64,000 nucleotides of DNA from Callorhinchus milii (GCF_018977255.1 NW_024704742.1:54934001-54998000); one strand, 5' to 3'. Shown: positions 38,016 to 52,121, counted from the stretch's first letter. Notes: generated from the sequence alone by a model not told the origin. Numbers and translations: made by a program.

Positions 38016-38772
38016 CTGTCAAAACAAAACAAATTCTGTGCATGAATTGGTGAATATTAAATTAATACCACAAGTAATTCCTCCAATGTTTAACGTTTAG
38101 TTGCTACCTAATAATTGCGAAATAAACTGCTGTGTAATATGAATGTTAACTAGTTTAGTATCATCTCAGGTTACATGAAAGCAGTACAGGTATGCCTGTA
38201 CAAACTCGTACACTTATTTTCCTGATATCCACTACCAAAAATAACAGCAGTAGAACCGGAAAGATGGCCAGAAGCAAAGTTCCCTGACAGAGCAGACCTC
38301 CTGCCTTCCACAGCGATAGTAAACAGTTTAAGGCACTGATGACAGACCAGGTTCATCAGCAGGACTTTGAGAGGTAGACTGAAAGCAGGGATTCTTCCCA
38401 CTCAGCTTCTGTTAATTCTGCAAGCCACAGTCCTAATGACACATGATACATCTGTCATTTGCACCACTTAAGCGGTGTATCTGTCATTGCACTACTTACA
38501 TGATGACATCACATGGTCCACGGTTGCACACAATGTCATCATGTCACAGGAATCCTCCCATTTAGAAATGCTGAGGCAACAGGAACAACAGTCGCTCAAA
38601 ATGTAGTGCTGGATTGTCTGCAACTGTACTGGTGCACTGCACAATAAAGTATTACTCACAAGTAAATTCAGCATTAACTGCATATTTACATCATTTGCAG
38701 TAATCCATCCATCTGTAAAAATAAAACCTAATGTACTGCACAATTTTATATCTTCACATTGCTCCCACTTAC

Positions 38773-38899
38773 CTCTTCCAGCATCTCAAGCTCGTCTTCC
38801 AGCTGCTGAGTCTCTTCCTTCACTGCCATCAGATACTCTATGACAGACTGTCGAGGATGCATCCCTTTCTCAAACCGGTTGTACATACCTCTCCAGAAC
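38773..38899 (-). CDS. MTMR7: MTMR7 exon 13
   Basis: tag|FWRGMYNRFEKGMHPRQSVIEYLMAVKEETQQLEDELEMLEE|gtaagt. Confidence 0.96.
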
Positions 38900-39149
38900 C
38901 TATTTAGAGCAGGAAATTAAAATGAGAGAAAGGTGAGCAATTCATTTGCAAAGTCATCATTCAAGAAATATGATACTTGAAATTACACTTGTAAAAGTAT
39001 TCACAGATTGAAAAAAAATCATTTCAATTAATGTGGAAACTCACTGATAAGGTCAACTGAACAAGGTGACATGTTTAGCAAAGTAATGTCAGAATCAATC
39101 CTCTGCAGCATTATTGGCAATCCAGTTCCTAAGACTGTCTGGTCCACAG

Positions 39150-39560
39150 TAATAATAATACTTGCATTTCTTATAGCGCCATATAATAATAATAATCCTT
39201 GCATTTGATATAGCGCTTTTCACGTCTTTTTGACGTCTCAAAGCGCTTCACAGAATATACTGTAAAGTGAATTGACTGTATATTTGTGGGCGAAACACGG
39301 CAGCCAATTATGCACAGCAATGTCCCACAAACTGCCGTGGATTGAAGTGACTTATTGATTTTTTTNGAAGGAATTATTACCATCAGAAAAGCAATTCACC
39401 GATCGACTAACAACTGGGTTCCTATTTACTGCTAGGTAAATAGAAGTGTGTGGAGTAAGGAAATTTGCCCAACATTTTGTCCAACGTTTTGCCCTGCTGG
39501 GAATCGAACCCAAGTCTCTCACTTACGAGGTGAGTGCTCTAACCACTGAGCTACAGGACT
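39150..39560 (-). mobile_element. Full-length tRNA-Ala-derived SINE
   Basis: Reverse head agtcctgtagctcagtggttagagcactcacc, Deu-like body, (ATT)n tail. Confidence 0.88.
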
Positions 39561-40249
39561 GAGGCAGACTGACACACCTTCAAGATTTCTCTCGTCAACT
39601 TCATACTTTTCAACTTTTCCACCCACAACTCTATCTCTGACCTTACTACTACGTTTATTATTTATCCCCACCCTTTCAAATTTCATCCCACAGTCCCCTT
39701 CACTTTGCACACATTCACAACGTAAAAGGCGAGATACAAAAGTAATTTGTTGTCGTTGCTTCATATGCCCTCTCAAATGCCTTTCACTACTCACCCAATA
39801 GTTTCACACCCAATAGCCACTGCTTTCCCATCATTGACACACGCACACACACTTTTGTAGAGATATATCAAATGCTGCGGTACTTAGAATACTCCTCACA
39901 AGTGAAAATGATTAATCTCTTCATTGGCATTAGGACTCTTGTGATGGCCCTGACCCACACGCACTCACTGTCTCTGTGAGACAGAGGAAGCACAAGTAGC
40001 ATAGTTCTGGGGAAAAGGTACAAGCAGCCCCTGGTGGATGGGATGAAATATCTCATAAATTGCAGACAGATTGGGAATGAGTGGGAAAGGGGTTCAAGCA
40101 GATAGGAGTCGTACCTAACAGTCAGACACATTCAGTTGTAAAATCTCAAAAAGTACCTAGTAATTTTGTTATCTATAAGCATATAAAGTGGGAAGTAGAG
40201 AAATTTGCCCAACATTTCACCCTGTCGGGAATTAAACCCATGTCTTTTA

Positions 40250-41935
40250 ACCTTCCCTGTCCCTCTGCTCCAAGTGCCTGTTCATAATGGGCGATTTCAA
40301 CCTCCACCTAAACTCCCCCTGCACCACTTCTGCCGACTTCACTGCTCTCCTCTCCTCCCTAAACCTCACCCTCCACATAAATTCACCCACCCACAACTGT
40401 GGTCATGCCCTTGACCTTGTTATCACCCATGGCCTTGACATTTCTGATCTCAGCATAGTGGACAAGGCCATCTCGGACCACTTCCTCATCTCCTTCTCCT
40501 TTCACATCCCTTTCTCCTCCACCAAGTCCTCAACCATCCTCTACCGCCCTTGGAAAAGGCTACCCCCGGAGACCCTCACAAAGGCCCTCGCATCATCAAA
40601 CATCCTATCCCTCTGACCCTCCACCCGCGGGGATCCTGAAGCAACTGTCCAGCTGCTCCATGATCGCCTCCCTCCTCCTTCAACTCCTTTGTCCTCTGAA
40701 ATCCACCTCCAAACCTACCTGATCCCCTGGTACAACAATCATCTCTGCTGCCTCAAAACCCAAACCCGGCTGCTCAAGCGCAGATGGTGGAAAACTGGCC
40801 TGACAGTTCACCAACAACTGTGGCTCGAGCATCTCCACAGCTACCGCCATTATTTGACATGCGCAAAAACAGCTTTCTTACTCCAACATCAGCTTGGAGG
40901 CTAAACACAACCCCATCCTTGGCCCCCTCCTCTTTCTGATCTACATGCCCCCTCTTGGGGATGTCATCCGCAGATATGGGGTACATTTCTACATGTACAC
41001 AGATGACACCCAACTATTTTTCCACCTCTCTTTGCGACCCCCAGTCCCTTGATGTCCTGTCAGCCTGCCTGTCAGATCTCAGGGGCTGGATGAGCGCAAA
41101 TTTCCTTCAGCTGAACATTGACAAGACGGAAGCCATACTCTTTGGCTCTCATCAACGTCTAAAATCTCACGGCTATCACCTCTTCCACCTACCCGACCTA
41201 TCCCTAAAACTCTCCAAACCCACATGCAACCTAGGCGTCAAGTTCGACCCCCAATTATTCTTCCCCCCCACATCCGGTCCCTCACCAGCACCGCCTTCTT
41301 CCACCTCCGACGCATCGCCCATCTCTGCCAATACCTCTCTCCGAAAGCCACTGCAACCCTAGTCCATGCCATTGTCACCTCTCGGCTGGACTATTCTAAC
41401 GTCCTCCTCGCCACAGCGCCTCCACTACCATCCATAAAATCCAGATTATTCGAAACTCTGCCGCCCGCATTTTTACACACACCAAACTCCGCTCCCCAAT
41501 CACCCCAGTCCTTGCCAGACTGCACTGGCTGCCTGTCCCAGAGAGGATCGACTTCAAGATCCTCACCCTTGTATTCATGTCCCTCCACTCCTCTGCATCC
41601 CCCCGACTCTGACCTCCTCTCTCCTCAAAACAATACCCATTGCCTTCGTTCCTCTGGATCTGGCCTCCTCCTCGTCCCCCGAGTGCTCCGCTCCACCCTG
41701 GGCGGCCGTGCCTTCAGCCACTATCCCCCGAGGCTCTGGAATTCCCTTCCTCACTCCCTTTGCCTCGCTCCCTCTCTTCCTATTCAGGTCCCTGCTGAAG
41801 ACCTTTCTTTTCGACCGCGCCTTTGGTCACTTTCCTCCCGCTCCCCCAGACTCGGCCCCACGATCCGTTACTGTGAAGCGCTCTGAGATGCCGTCCGGTG
41901 TGGAGGGCGCTATATAAATCCAAGTTGTTGTTGTT
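40250..41935 (+). mobile_element. Older L2 subfamily copy (endonuclease remnant, internal deletion, RT-3' end) inserted in a SINE head
   Basis: MGDFNLH, GHALDLVIT and ISDHFLI (APE motifs); jumps to RT-region ILGPLLFLIYM; tail ggcgctatataaatccaagttgttgttg. Confidence 0.88.
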
Positions 41936-42038
41936 GAGTGCTCTAACCACTGAGCTACAGGACTCCACTTTAACTTAGACTCACGCATATGAAATAATGA
42001 GGCTCCTATATAAACAATCCCAAAGCCTGAATACCAAC

Positions 42039-42173
42039 CTGAAATTATACGGAGACGTGAGTGGCCTCAGGACTCCCTGGGTCTGGCTGTGGTCTGGTCT
42101 GTAGAGGGGATTCACGTAGTCTGCACGATTTCTCCATAGATGAGGCCATAACGAATGGGTTTTCTCATGAATT
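42039..42173 (-). CDS. MTMR7: MTMR7 exon 12
   Basis: aag|IHEKTHSLWPHLWRNRADYVNPLYRPDHSQTQGVLRPLTSPYNF(R)|gttggt. Confidence 0.92.
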
Positions 42174-42784
42174 CTTCCATGACCAAAAATAACAAAGCCG
42201 ATATCATATCCATCACCTTATATCCATCACCACTGAAGTACAACTGTAAATTGTAAACTGATAAAACTACCACCAAGAATGATCAATGCCGATTGCCCAG
42301 GAGGTAGGACAATAATGTCCTCAACACTGGACAAGCAAAAAGGTTTTGAGAGGCAATTTTAGGACAGATAGCAGAAAGGATTCATTTACAAAGAGAGTAA
42401 TTGCCTGGATACGTCTACTCACTGAGACATCAGGGACTGACACTTTTTAAATGGTTTTAAAACATTGATCAATTACTAAAATATGTGGCCCAATTCACCC
42501 GAAAATATTTTGGAGAAAAATCCTTTTTCTCCAGTGTCAGAAATGTGTAGGTATTTGAATCATATGTAGATGTACTATCAAAGAATAATCTGTAAAATCT
42601 AAATGCATTCTATTGCAAAATATTGTTCCACAATAAATGCTGATGTCTAACATCGTGGGGAAATCAACGCAAATTTCTTGGTATAATTCAATTACACAAA
42701 AATTCACATCACTTCAAGAGTTCACCAGAATGACTATTCAATAGGAATAAGGGTTAAAAAATAGGGTGAATGTCTTCACCTTAC

Positions 42785-42985
42785 CTCAGCTCTATCCGCT
42801 CCTTCTGGCTATTACAGATAAAATTCCCAAACTGGCAGGAGTAGATGTGATGGTGAATGTGCACCAGAAATCTTTCATTGAACTCAAAGGCACATGGAAA
42901 TTGATCTGTTAGCTGCCAAACACAGTCAAGAAACTGATCGATTACTGGGGATACCTCCCTGGGATCACCATCCAAGTGGCTGTAT
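42785..42985 (-). CDS. MTMR7: MTMR7 exon 11
   Basis: cag|[25 protein letters not shown]...FEFNERFL...SQKERIEL|gtaagg. Confidence 0.97.
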
Positions 42986-43901
42986 CTGTAAGATAAAAGA
43001 TTGGATTAAAAAAAAGGCCAGTTTTCATTAAGTCAAAGGTTTGGGCACTCTCCAAGGCTCAGACACACAAATACTAATTTGTGCAATTGTTAGCAGCTGT
43101 ATATGGGCAGCTAAACTTTAAACATAAATTATAGATGGATGGTATATTTGCTGCCAGTCGTATTAACAAAGAGATTTGTTGAACTGAAAACAAATTCAAT
43201 CGAGTTGCACAAAATCTCATGACAGAATGAGTAACCCAGGCCGGTTGGAGCATTTCCTCTATTTCCAGAGTAAAGACCACTCCTCCATGTTGCCTAGTTG
43301 AATCCTCTCAAAACTGCAAAATTCTGCAGCACCCTACAAAGATTTCATAAACCACAGATGGTTCATATTATAAGCAATCCAGACATTTTAATTTCTGATT
43401 GAGTAAACCAAAGGTTCCAGTATAATGGGAGCCTGTAGTGCCAAATCAGATCAATGCTTGGATGACAAGGAGATGGTTTTACAAGGACATGAAGCTGGTT
43501 CAAGATGAATCCCAAGAGTATTGTTCTGAATACTTTGCTGGGAGGAGGAATGTTTTTGATCAAGGCAGATCACCTCCCTATTGAGGGAACTAAATATTTT
43601 AGTAATATTTCCCACATTTTTTACAACAAACCTCCACCTCCTCCACATTTTTTCCTTATAAAAATAAAACCTTACACACACATTCTGGTGCTAAAATCAA
43701 GCTAGTTTCCTTGATGTATCACTTTATGTGACTATGTAACTATATAACTTACTTTAATGGTCCTTAATCTTCCAACACTTTTCAAAGTAAAGTCAGTGAA
43801 GGCTCATACTTTTTAAATTCAGGAATCTTTACACACAGCAAGTTCCAAAGGAAAACACGTACAGACCATGAACCTCAAAGCAAACAAAAAACATTATTTA
43901 C

Positions 43902-43951
43902 CTGTGGTTAAACTTGTGCCCAAATGACACCCAGTCCTTTTCTATTAAAAC
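43902..43951 (-). CDS. MTMR7: MTMR7 exon 10
   Basis: tag|VLIEKDWVSFGHKFNH(R)|gtaaat. Confidence 0.96.
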
Positions 43952-44874
43952 CTATGCAATAAAAAAATACTGTTACGACAAAAATGTCTTAAAAATATAC
44001 AAACCATGATATTAATGTCCGATGAGAGTAACATTGCACAACTAAAGTGATACTGCAAAAAGTAACTAAATCCCAAACACAAGATGTCTTAGTCTTAAAA
44101 CTACTGTCTCATAATTTGAGATTGCTGTTTTGGGAAATTCAGGCTTGATATGGAATTTCCATAACTCTTTTTAAGAACTGATGCAAATCAAATTTCTGAT
44201 GAAGAATTTTCCAAACGGTGGTTGATGTCAAATTTTAAGCAAAGGCTTTGAAACCTAAAGCCATGAAGAGTTGTGGATGAAATGCAGTGGAGGTTCGTTC
44301 ATGCTTGTGATACTTCTTAAAACATTACAATATCAAAGTGTTTTAGCGTTTATAGATGCCAACAAATGTGCAGAGTATCTAATATATCACAAGTTGTTTT
44401 TTTGAGCAATCAGGTCTCGAATCTGAATGGGCTTCTTTGGATAGTCCAATTTGCCTGCCTCACAGATAACAATCCTCAGTTCAGACACCAGATGGAGCTA
44501 TTCAATACATCATCCCTGTGGTGCAGAAATCATATCGCCCCACTTAACAAAGCACATCTACAGAGCAGGAGCAATGCTACTAACCAATAAAGTCCATGAT
44601 CTAAGACAATCATGTCCTTATAGCTGCAAAGAGAAGATGTGGGGCTTCTAAAGCAGAAAATTATGAACACCCAAATATTGAAAAACAGCCTGAAATAAGT
44701 GTTATTACATTTCTACTCAGTAAATTGAGAAAACAATAACAAAATGGAACTATTGGCCCTGCTAATCATTATCCTGAGAAGATACATTAAAATGGAAAAG
44801 AAAGCATCAGCAGGAAGACTTGTGGCTCTGCTCACTCTATTTCTGCTTCCTTTCCAGTAATGTATTCAACTTAC

Positions 44875-45000
44875 CATGAATCCCTTTATAGTTCTATAAA
44901 ATGGATCAAGTAGGAGGTTTGCTACAGAACAGACTTGCGCAGTCCTGTCCCAACCATCTGAGCAGTGAACTAGTACACTAGCTGCCTCCTCAGCCACTGC
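44875..45000 (-). CDS. MTMR7: MTMR7 exon 9 (catalytic HCSDGWDRT)
   Basis: cag|[42 protein letters not shown]|gtaagt. Confidence 0.98.
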
Positions 45001-46291
45001 CTGAAACAACATTTAAAATCAATTACATTATATTTTCCTCCCAAATTCAAAACTCTACTTAGAGTAATGATAAGAAAACAATTAATGCAAGCAACTAGTT
45101 AACTTGATGGACAGCATAAATGTGAAAGCTCAAATAACCTTTCAAATTTTAATAAGGTACAGACTTTCATTAAAAGGCACCTTCAAAATCAGAGAAAGAA
45201 GGCAAACAAGTGTTTTCCCTGAATTAGCAAGACAAGCAAAATATATAAAGCATTCACTTTAGAAAGTTTGAACACTAATTTTCACAGGGAATTGTACTGT
45301 ATCTATATTATTGATTTCTATAGATACCAAATGCTTTTCGCTAGTTTTAGGCACAGCAGCAAGTAATGAAGACCTTTAAACTTGCTCATCAAATCAATTC
45401 AACAGCTCAATTTTCCAAGCAGAAAAACCTAAACAATCTGTCAACTTTTAAGACAGCAGCTAAATCCAAATAACTCATCTGTTTTATGATCAGCCACATT
45501 CATAGAAGAAACAAAAACTTACATTGTTATATTGAAAAGTTTCAAAAAGAATAGTAACAACCATCAGGTGCAGTAACTGTTTTTGTAGGCAACATAGTCT
45601 TAGATTAGTTATGCTATTGCACTAAAATTAACCTATCTCATCCTGTTACAAGAATCATGATAAATAATGAAGGGGGGAAGGTAGGAGGGCAGTAATCACA
45701 TCCAGACAACAAACAAACATACATCGGGGGGGATTTAGCAACAAAAAAAAACCATTGGCTTTGCTAAAGAAGCTATTGCCATCTTCCCCACAACCCTCTC
45801 TATCACCTCTCTATATACTGGTGCTGATTCATTCGCAGGTTTCTGGTGCCCAATTAGCACTTAGGGCTGGAACTTCAAACAACTCTGATTGGAATCCATC
45901 CCGTGTGAGCTACATTGGCTGAGACATCTTTTTTAAACAACATACTCCTTTCCACTTATGTGGAGTGCCTATATCCATGGAAAGCAGGGACAGGGTGTAT
46001 CCCCTTGTCATAGACAGTTGGAAACAGAATTTAAAGCATAGTTTTGACTGAAATATACTGGACATACTCAGATGTCCATGTGAGGTGGTGGGAGAGGAGG
46101 GGAGTTTACAGGTCTGACACAGTGGTCTGAGAGGCTATGTGGTCTCACACACATGCTCTTGCGTGAATTGGGAGTCTTGAGATCTGCAGTTTTTGTGGCT
46201 GTGGCTAATTGCAATGTAAGAGGGAACAAAATAAAATATAAATAAACATGGAAACAGTTTTGTTAAGACACTTATGTATTCCTGAACTTAC

Positions 46292-46401
46292 TTTTGCAAC
46301 AAAGATACCAGCATCCATGATGGCTTTAATGTGTTTCAACCATCCTGAATTCTCCAGACCCCACAGGAAGTCACCCATAGAAGGGGATCGCAGCTCACAG
46401 A
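46292..46401 (-). CDS. MTMR7: MTMR7 exon 8
   Basis: cag|CELRSPSMGDFLWGLENSGWLKHIKAIMDAGIFVAK|gtaagt. Confidence 0.97.
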
Positions 46402-46583
46402 CTGTAAAAATAACACAGTTCAATAATCCTCTTCATGAATCACACATTCAGAGCTCCTTCCAATGGTTCAGTTGGTAAAGGTAACAAATAAAATGTAATA
46501 AAAAACAATGTGGCTGAGCCTGCTAATGTTTTGCTCACAATGTGTTTCTTTGGATTACTTGGATCACTCCAAGAAATATTTAC

Positions 46584-46716
46584 CTTCCAGCAGTTTTTGC
46601 AGACTGCTCCTCATTACATGGATGTTTTCTATCCCTATGAAGTGAAACTTGATGTTGGAATAGTTGTCTTCGTTCTCGTATCCCTTTCCTGCTGCTCGGT
46701 TTGCCATTGCATTTAA
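46584..46716 (-). CDS. MTMR7: MTMR7 exon 7
   Basis: cag|LNAMANRAAGKGYENEDNYSNIKFHFIGIENIHVMRSSLQKLLE|gtaaat. Confidence 0.97.
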
Positions 46717-46937
46717 CTGAAAACATTATAGAAATGTTATAATGCTTAAAACAGCCTCAAGTCTATCATCCTGAACTGGGTTTGCTTCAAGATGTTTTAA
46801 TCTTTTATGCTAACAATGAAGAATGCATCTATACTCATGTCAGTGCCTTGGGACGTCCTCCCAACGTGAAAGGCACGATACAAATGTAATTTTGTTGATG
46901 CTGTTGTTGGCAATAGCATCACTCAGACTGTGCTAAC

Positions 46938-47102
46938 ATAACAACAACTTTGATTTATATAGCGCCCTCCACGCCGGATGGCATCTCTGAGCGCTTCACA
47001 GTAACGTATCCCGGGGCCGAGCCAGGGGAAGGGGGAGGAAGGTGACCAAAGGCGCGGTCGAAAAGAAAGGTCTTCAGCAGAGACCTGAAAATAGGAAGAG
47101 AG
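46938..47102 (-). mobile_element. L2 3' fragment (same subfamily as 40250-41935)
   Basis: Reverse match to 41775-41935. Confidence 0.85.
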
Positions 47103-48167
47103 AACATAAATTAGTAAACTGCACATAGGACAAAAAGTGAATAGATTGTTGGGAATTGTTGGAAATTTCCTGAAGGCATATTTCCATTAAATCAATGATG
47201 AGACTTGAGACAAACCTGGAACCAGCTCAGCCCTAAAGAGACTCTGCGTATCTCCCAGGGAAGATAGTCACAAGTTGGTCATTACTCATCTTACAAGCAC
47301 AGGTATGAGCACTCACTAAGTGGATTGCAGATACTAGAGATTCTGTGTAAGTAGCACAACACAGCATGAAATACACAAGAGCATTGCCACAATCTTCCTG
47401 ACTAAACCGTGGAGGCTCATGTTCACAAACAGCATTAAGCTCTTTGAAATGTCTTGCTAGGCAATGTGAAAGGCACTATATAAATGTAAATGTGGAAATT
47501 GTATTGTATCATCTAGTAACCTGATAAACTGTGTTGTGCATTACATCAATCAATTTAACTATAGTTCGTGATAACTAATTATGTCACAATTATTTTAACC
47601 AATATATTCTGAATCACACAGAAGCAGTTTGTTCAAGAATTCAGTGGTTTCTGCTTTCTTCTTAAATACAGTTTCAATGATTACAAGCTGTTATCATAAA
47701 CTCTGGACCCTTCTCACCCTGCCTTGGGGACATTTGTTCTTTCCTAGACAAAGAGCTACAAAATAGCTTTGAAAACACCCATTCCTGAAACTTCTGGAAC
47801 AGGAATCATTAAAAATATTAACAGTAATTTCAGTTTTAACAATATTTAGAAACAGTTTATTGTAGTGGACTGCTCATAAAAAAATATAATTCCTACTTCC
47901 CCTTTCTAATATTTATTGTTTGATTTATTCTTTTAAGTGTTTAATAATTTTCTTTCTAAAAAAATTATCTGATCTGTGATCAGGTTGACAGCTCAGTGGT
48001 AATGAACCAGTGCATTCAAATTAAAGTCCTAAGTTTGAACCTCAAACCTGACTGATATTTGTGCTTTGGTTTCTCTAAGGAAAGCAGTTGCCAATCTAGG
48101 CCATGGTATCTGAGGAAATGATCTCGTTTCCACATCCCTCAAGCTTGATAGGTCAGCCAAGATTGCC

Positions 48168-48540
48168 ACCAACAACAACCACAACTTGCATTTATATAGC
48201 ATCCTTCATGTGGGGTAGCGTCTCAGAGCACTTAACAGTGGTGGAGCCTGAGGCCAACCTGTGAGAAGGGGGAGGTGACCGTAGGCATGGTTGAAGAGGA
48301 AGGTCTTCAGGCATGATCTGAAAATGGGGAAGGAGTGGGCAAGGTGGAGGGCTTGAGGGAGAAAGTTCCAAAGTGTCAGGGCATAGTGGTTGAAAGCACG
48401 GCTGCCGATGGTGGAGCGGAGGGGACGAGGGACAAGCAGGAGGCTGGAGTCAGCCGAGGAGAGGCAGCGAGCAGGTGGTGAAGTGGGGATGAAGCAGGTT
48501 GGAGAGGTAGGGAGACGCCAGGGCATGAAGGGATGTGAAG
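48168..48540 (-). mobile_element. Degenerate L2 3' fragment
   Basis: Translates as LLVPRPLRSTIGSRAF...LWN...LKTFLF; (GTT)-like tail. Confidence 0.8.
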
Positions 48541-48989
48541 ACGACTATAGAGCTAGAGAAGTGGAGATGAAAAAGGTCCTTCGGTCAATTTGATCTCATC
48601 CTTCCCGAACACCCATTTTGTTCTGTATAATGTATAGACAAGACACATGAGCTTTCATGCCATGGTTATTATGCAATCTTATGTATCAATCTTCTCTTGA
48701 AAATTCACGCATAAAATAGATACGAGGGAAGAAACTGCTAATGTATACTGTAGTTTTTTTTAAAAAACTGAGATTCTAAGTGTGCTGGTTCTAGCATGAT
48801 ACCCCTTTTACAGCTCTAATATAATTTTTCATAAAACCATCATATTTCATTGCATTATATACCAAAGAGTCACCAGCAATGGTACATACAAAATGCAAAT
48901 CTTTGTTAAACCAAAATGGAAACATATCACAAATGAGAGTTGTCTGTACTAATGCAGTTGTTGCAGTGTGACGCCAATGGTGTGGTTAC

Positions 48990-49124
48990 CTTTGGCCTAG
49001 TGTCCACAACGTACATGAATTCACTTCCTGGGTTCGACTTCCTGATGGCCTGCAACATCTGTTCATCCTCTAGGCACCGAGCACTGAACCCAGAGAGAGG
49101 CTGGCTGCTTCTGCAGATAGCAGC
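48990..49124 (-). CDS. MTMR7: MTMR7 exon 6
   Basis: cag|AAICRSSQPLSGFSARCLEDEQMLQAIRKSNPGSEFMYVVDTRPK|gtaacc. Confidence 0.97.
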
Positions 49125-49960
49125 CTGGACAGCGACAAGAATAGAAACCAGAGAAACCCATTTCAGAAGGGATCATTGCTCTCCTTTTATTTAATATAAT
49201 AATAATAATTCTTGCATTTGATATAGTGCTTTATCACATCGATGAGACGTCTCAAAGCAATTCACGGAGAACGCTGTGAAGTGGAGTGACTGTATACTTT
49301 GTGGGCGAAACGCATCAGCCAATTGCGCACAACAATTATTTCCAAGATGGCATGAACCTACATTTTAGTTTGCAATTCTACTGCTGTATGTGTACATACA
49401 TATTGCAGCCTTCTGAGTCATCACACAGAGTCACAACACTTCCTTAGTCAAAAACACTTTGTAACAGAGTAGGATTTAAGAAGTAGAAGAAAATCATTTC
49501 AAATAAAAACTCAGTAAGTGATAAGCAAACATTTTCAGATCAGTGGCATGTTTAAATTAAATTGAAAAGACCCAATAATATTAAATTCAAACAACTTTTG
49601 AACCGAGAGAATTGTCCATTTCTCCACCTTTCAACTAATTTAGTCGAAATGCAAAGAATATTATTATTAAAAGTCCTGTGAAGCATTTTGAGATATTTTG
49701 ATGATGTGTTGAGGCATTATATCAAATAATGATAATCCTTGCATTTGATAGTAGCGCCTTATCACATCTTCGATATCTCAAAGCGCTTCACAGAATATAT
49801 TGTAAAGTGACTTGACTGTATACTTTGTGGGTGAAAATGCAAGGATTACTTAATTAAAAGTAGTATATAGAGTCCTTCAGAATGCAATACACAGGAAAAG
49901 GCTCTTACATTTTATCAGGAATTCTTCAAACAGGTAACAAGTGTGAAATAGTATACATAC

Positions 49961-50089
49961 ATTGTTATCCTGGCAAAAGTAAGAGAGAACAGGAAAACGT
50001 CCCCTACTCCTGAACTTGGAGCTCCCAACAATGACTGGTGTAGAGGCTGATTTGGGCACACAGAGCTCTGTAGGGTAAGTCTCACAGAC
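49961..50089 (-). CDS. MTMR7: MTMR7 exon 5
   Basis: cag|VCETYPTELCVPKSASTPVIVGSSKFRSRGRFPVLSYFCQDNN|gtatgt. Confidence 0.97.
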
Positions 50090-50324
50090 CTGTTATAGGG
50101 GAAAGAAATAATTAATGAAGAGAACTGAATTAGCTGACTGTACCATTCCCAGTCACAATCAGATAATCATTAGAAAACATGTTATCACTTTTGATATTTA
50201 ATTTCACAATAAAAGACCAACAGTTAATAATTATTTGAGCTACTGCTTCCAAGACACTTAAAAATAAACATCAGAGAGTTCAAAAAAGACCAGAGATGAA
50301 TTCACTTGAAAGGTGATGAAGACA

Positions 50325-51240
50325 TGCATAATGACATAAAACTAGGAGGGAGAGTAAACACCGAGGATGACATTAAAAAAATGCAACGAGATATAGATAG
50401 GCTAGATGAGTGGGCAAATTGGTGGCAGATGAAGTATAATGTAGGGAAGTGTGAGGTCATCCACTTAGGTGGCAAAAACAGTAGAGATTATTTTTTAGAA
50501 GGGGAGAAACTAGATAGTGTTAGAGTTCTTGTACACCAGTCACAAAAAGTTAGTTTGCAGGTACAGCAAGTAGTTAGGAAGGCTAACGGTATGTTGGCAT
50601 TTGTTACAAAAGGGTTAGAATATAAGAGTAGGGAAGTCTTGTTGTAACTGTATAGGGCCCTGGTGAGACCGCACCTAGAGTATTGTGTGCAGTTTTGGTC
50701 TCCTTATTTAAGAAAAAAAGGATGTATTCGCCTTGAAGGAGGTACAACGTAGATTCAATAGGTTGGTACCTGGGATGAGGGGGATGAGTTATGAGGATAG
50801 GTTGAGCAATTTAGGCCTATATTCTCTAGAATATAGAAGAATGAGAGGTGATCTTATAGAAACATATAAGATTATTAATAGAGAACATTACAACAGAATA
50901 GATAGTGGGAGACTTTTTCCCTGGTTGGAGAAACTATAACCAGCGGTCACAGTCTTAAAATTAGGGGTAAGCCCTTTCGCACTGAGTTGAGGAAAAACTT
51001 CTTCACTCAGAGGGTAGTGAATTTATGGAATTCTCTACCCCAAAAGGCTGTAGATGCTCAGTCCTTGAATATATTCAAGACTGAGATTGATAGATTTCTT
51101 GTGGATAAAGGGATTAAAGGATATGGGGATAAGGCGGATAGGTGGAGTTAGAATAGATCAGCCATGATCTTATTGAATGGCGAGGCAGGCTAGAGGGGCC
51201 GAATGGTCTACTCCTGCTCCTAATGCTTATGTTCTTATAT
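50325..51240 (+). mobile_element. 5'-truncated CR1-clade LINE
   Basis: [41 protein letters not shown]; tail gaatggcgaggcaggctagaggggccgaatgg...cttatgttcttat. Confidence 0.92.
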
Positions 51241-52121
51241 CTTCTTATAAGGTTTTGAGAAGCACTTTGATTGAGGTAGGGCTGGAGTTGAGGAATGTGG
51301 CGGAGGTGACGAAAAACAGTGTTGGTCAGGGACCGAATGCGAGGGAGAAAAGAGAGCTGAAGATTGAACCGGACGCCAAGTTTGCACAACCGGTTCAGTG
51401 AGTTTGATAGAGAGACCAGACACATTGAGGAAGTAATACGCAGAATTGAGAAGATGTAGGCAGAAGCCAAGGAGGATGGCTTCTGTCTTATCCATACTGA
51501 GTTGCACAAAATAGTGGATCATCCAGATTTGACAAGCAAATTACAATTTGGATTGATGATTTGCCCCTCTGCGGCCCCCAACCCCATTCTCAGCATAACA
51601 GATTTTTCCATTCTTTTGCTATCCCAAAGGGGAGAGCAGCAAATCAGTGCAACTAATAATAGAATACTGACTTAATTCATCCGGTATGCTGTGAAGCAGC
51701 ACTCAAATGTTGCCTTCAGGACTGAAATCAAAAATGGACCAAATAATTCTGCTGCATTCGGGGAGGGGGTTCTGTTCCACAGTCATGCTTTAGAAATGTT
51801 CAGAAAAATATGAGACTTCTTACCATGTTCTATAGTTAACAAGTCTGTTAAGAAATGTAACATTTGTCACCTTTTTAACAAGCAATATGTGAAAACAAGG
51901 CATTTAATTGAAGGTGTTTCTCAAGTTTGAATTGAGTGCTAATTATTGTGGTGCATTTATACTCTATTTATATAACAAACAGCATTTTGTCCAATTTTAT
52001 CAATAATCTATAGTCTCCAGTTTATTCCACTTTAAATATTTCCTATCCCCTTATATATTAAGAATCAAATGAAGATTCCTGCAGAAAGTCAGATGCAAAT
52101 CAGGTTTATTATTACACTTAC

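Noticed and set aside
38336..38360. CTGATGA as a hammerhead ribozyme core (also near 59454)
   Set aside because: It pairs with the downstream TCATC(A/G)G and I could not find a stem II followed by GAAA
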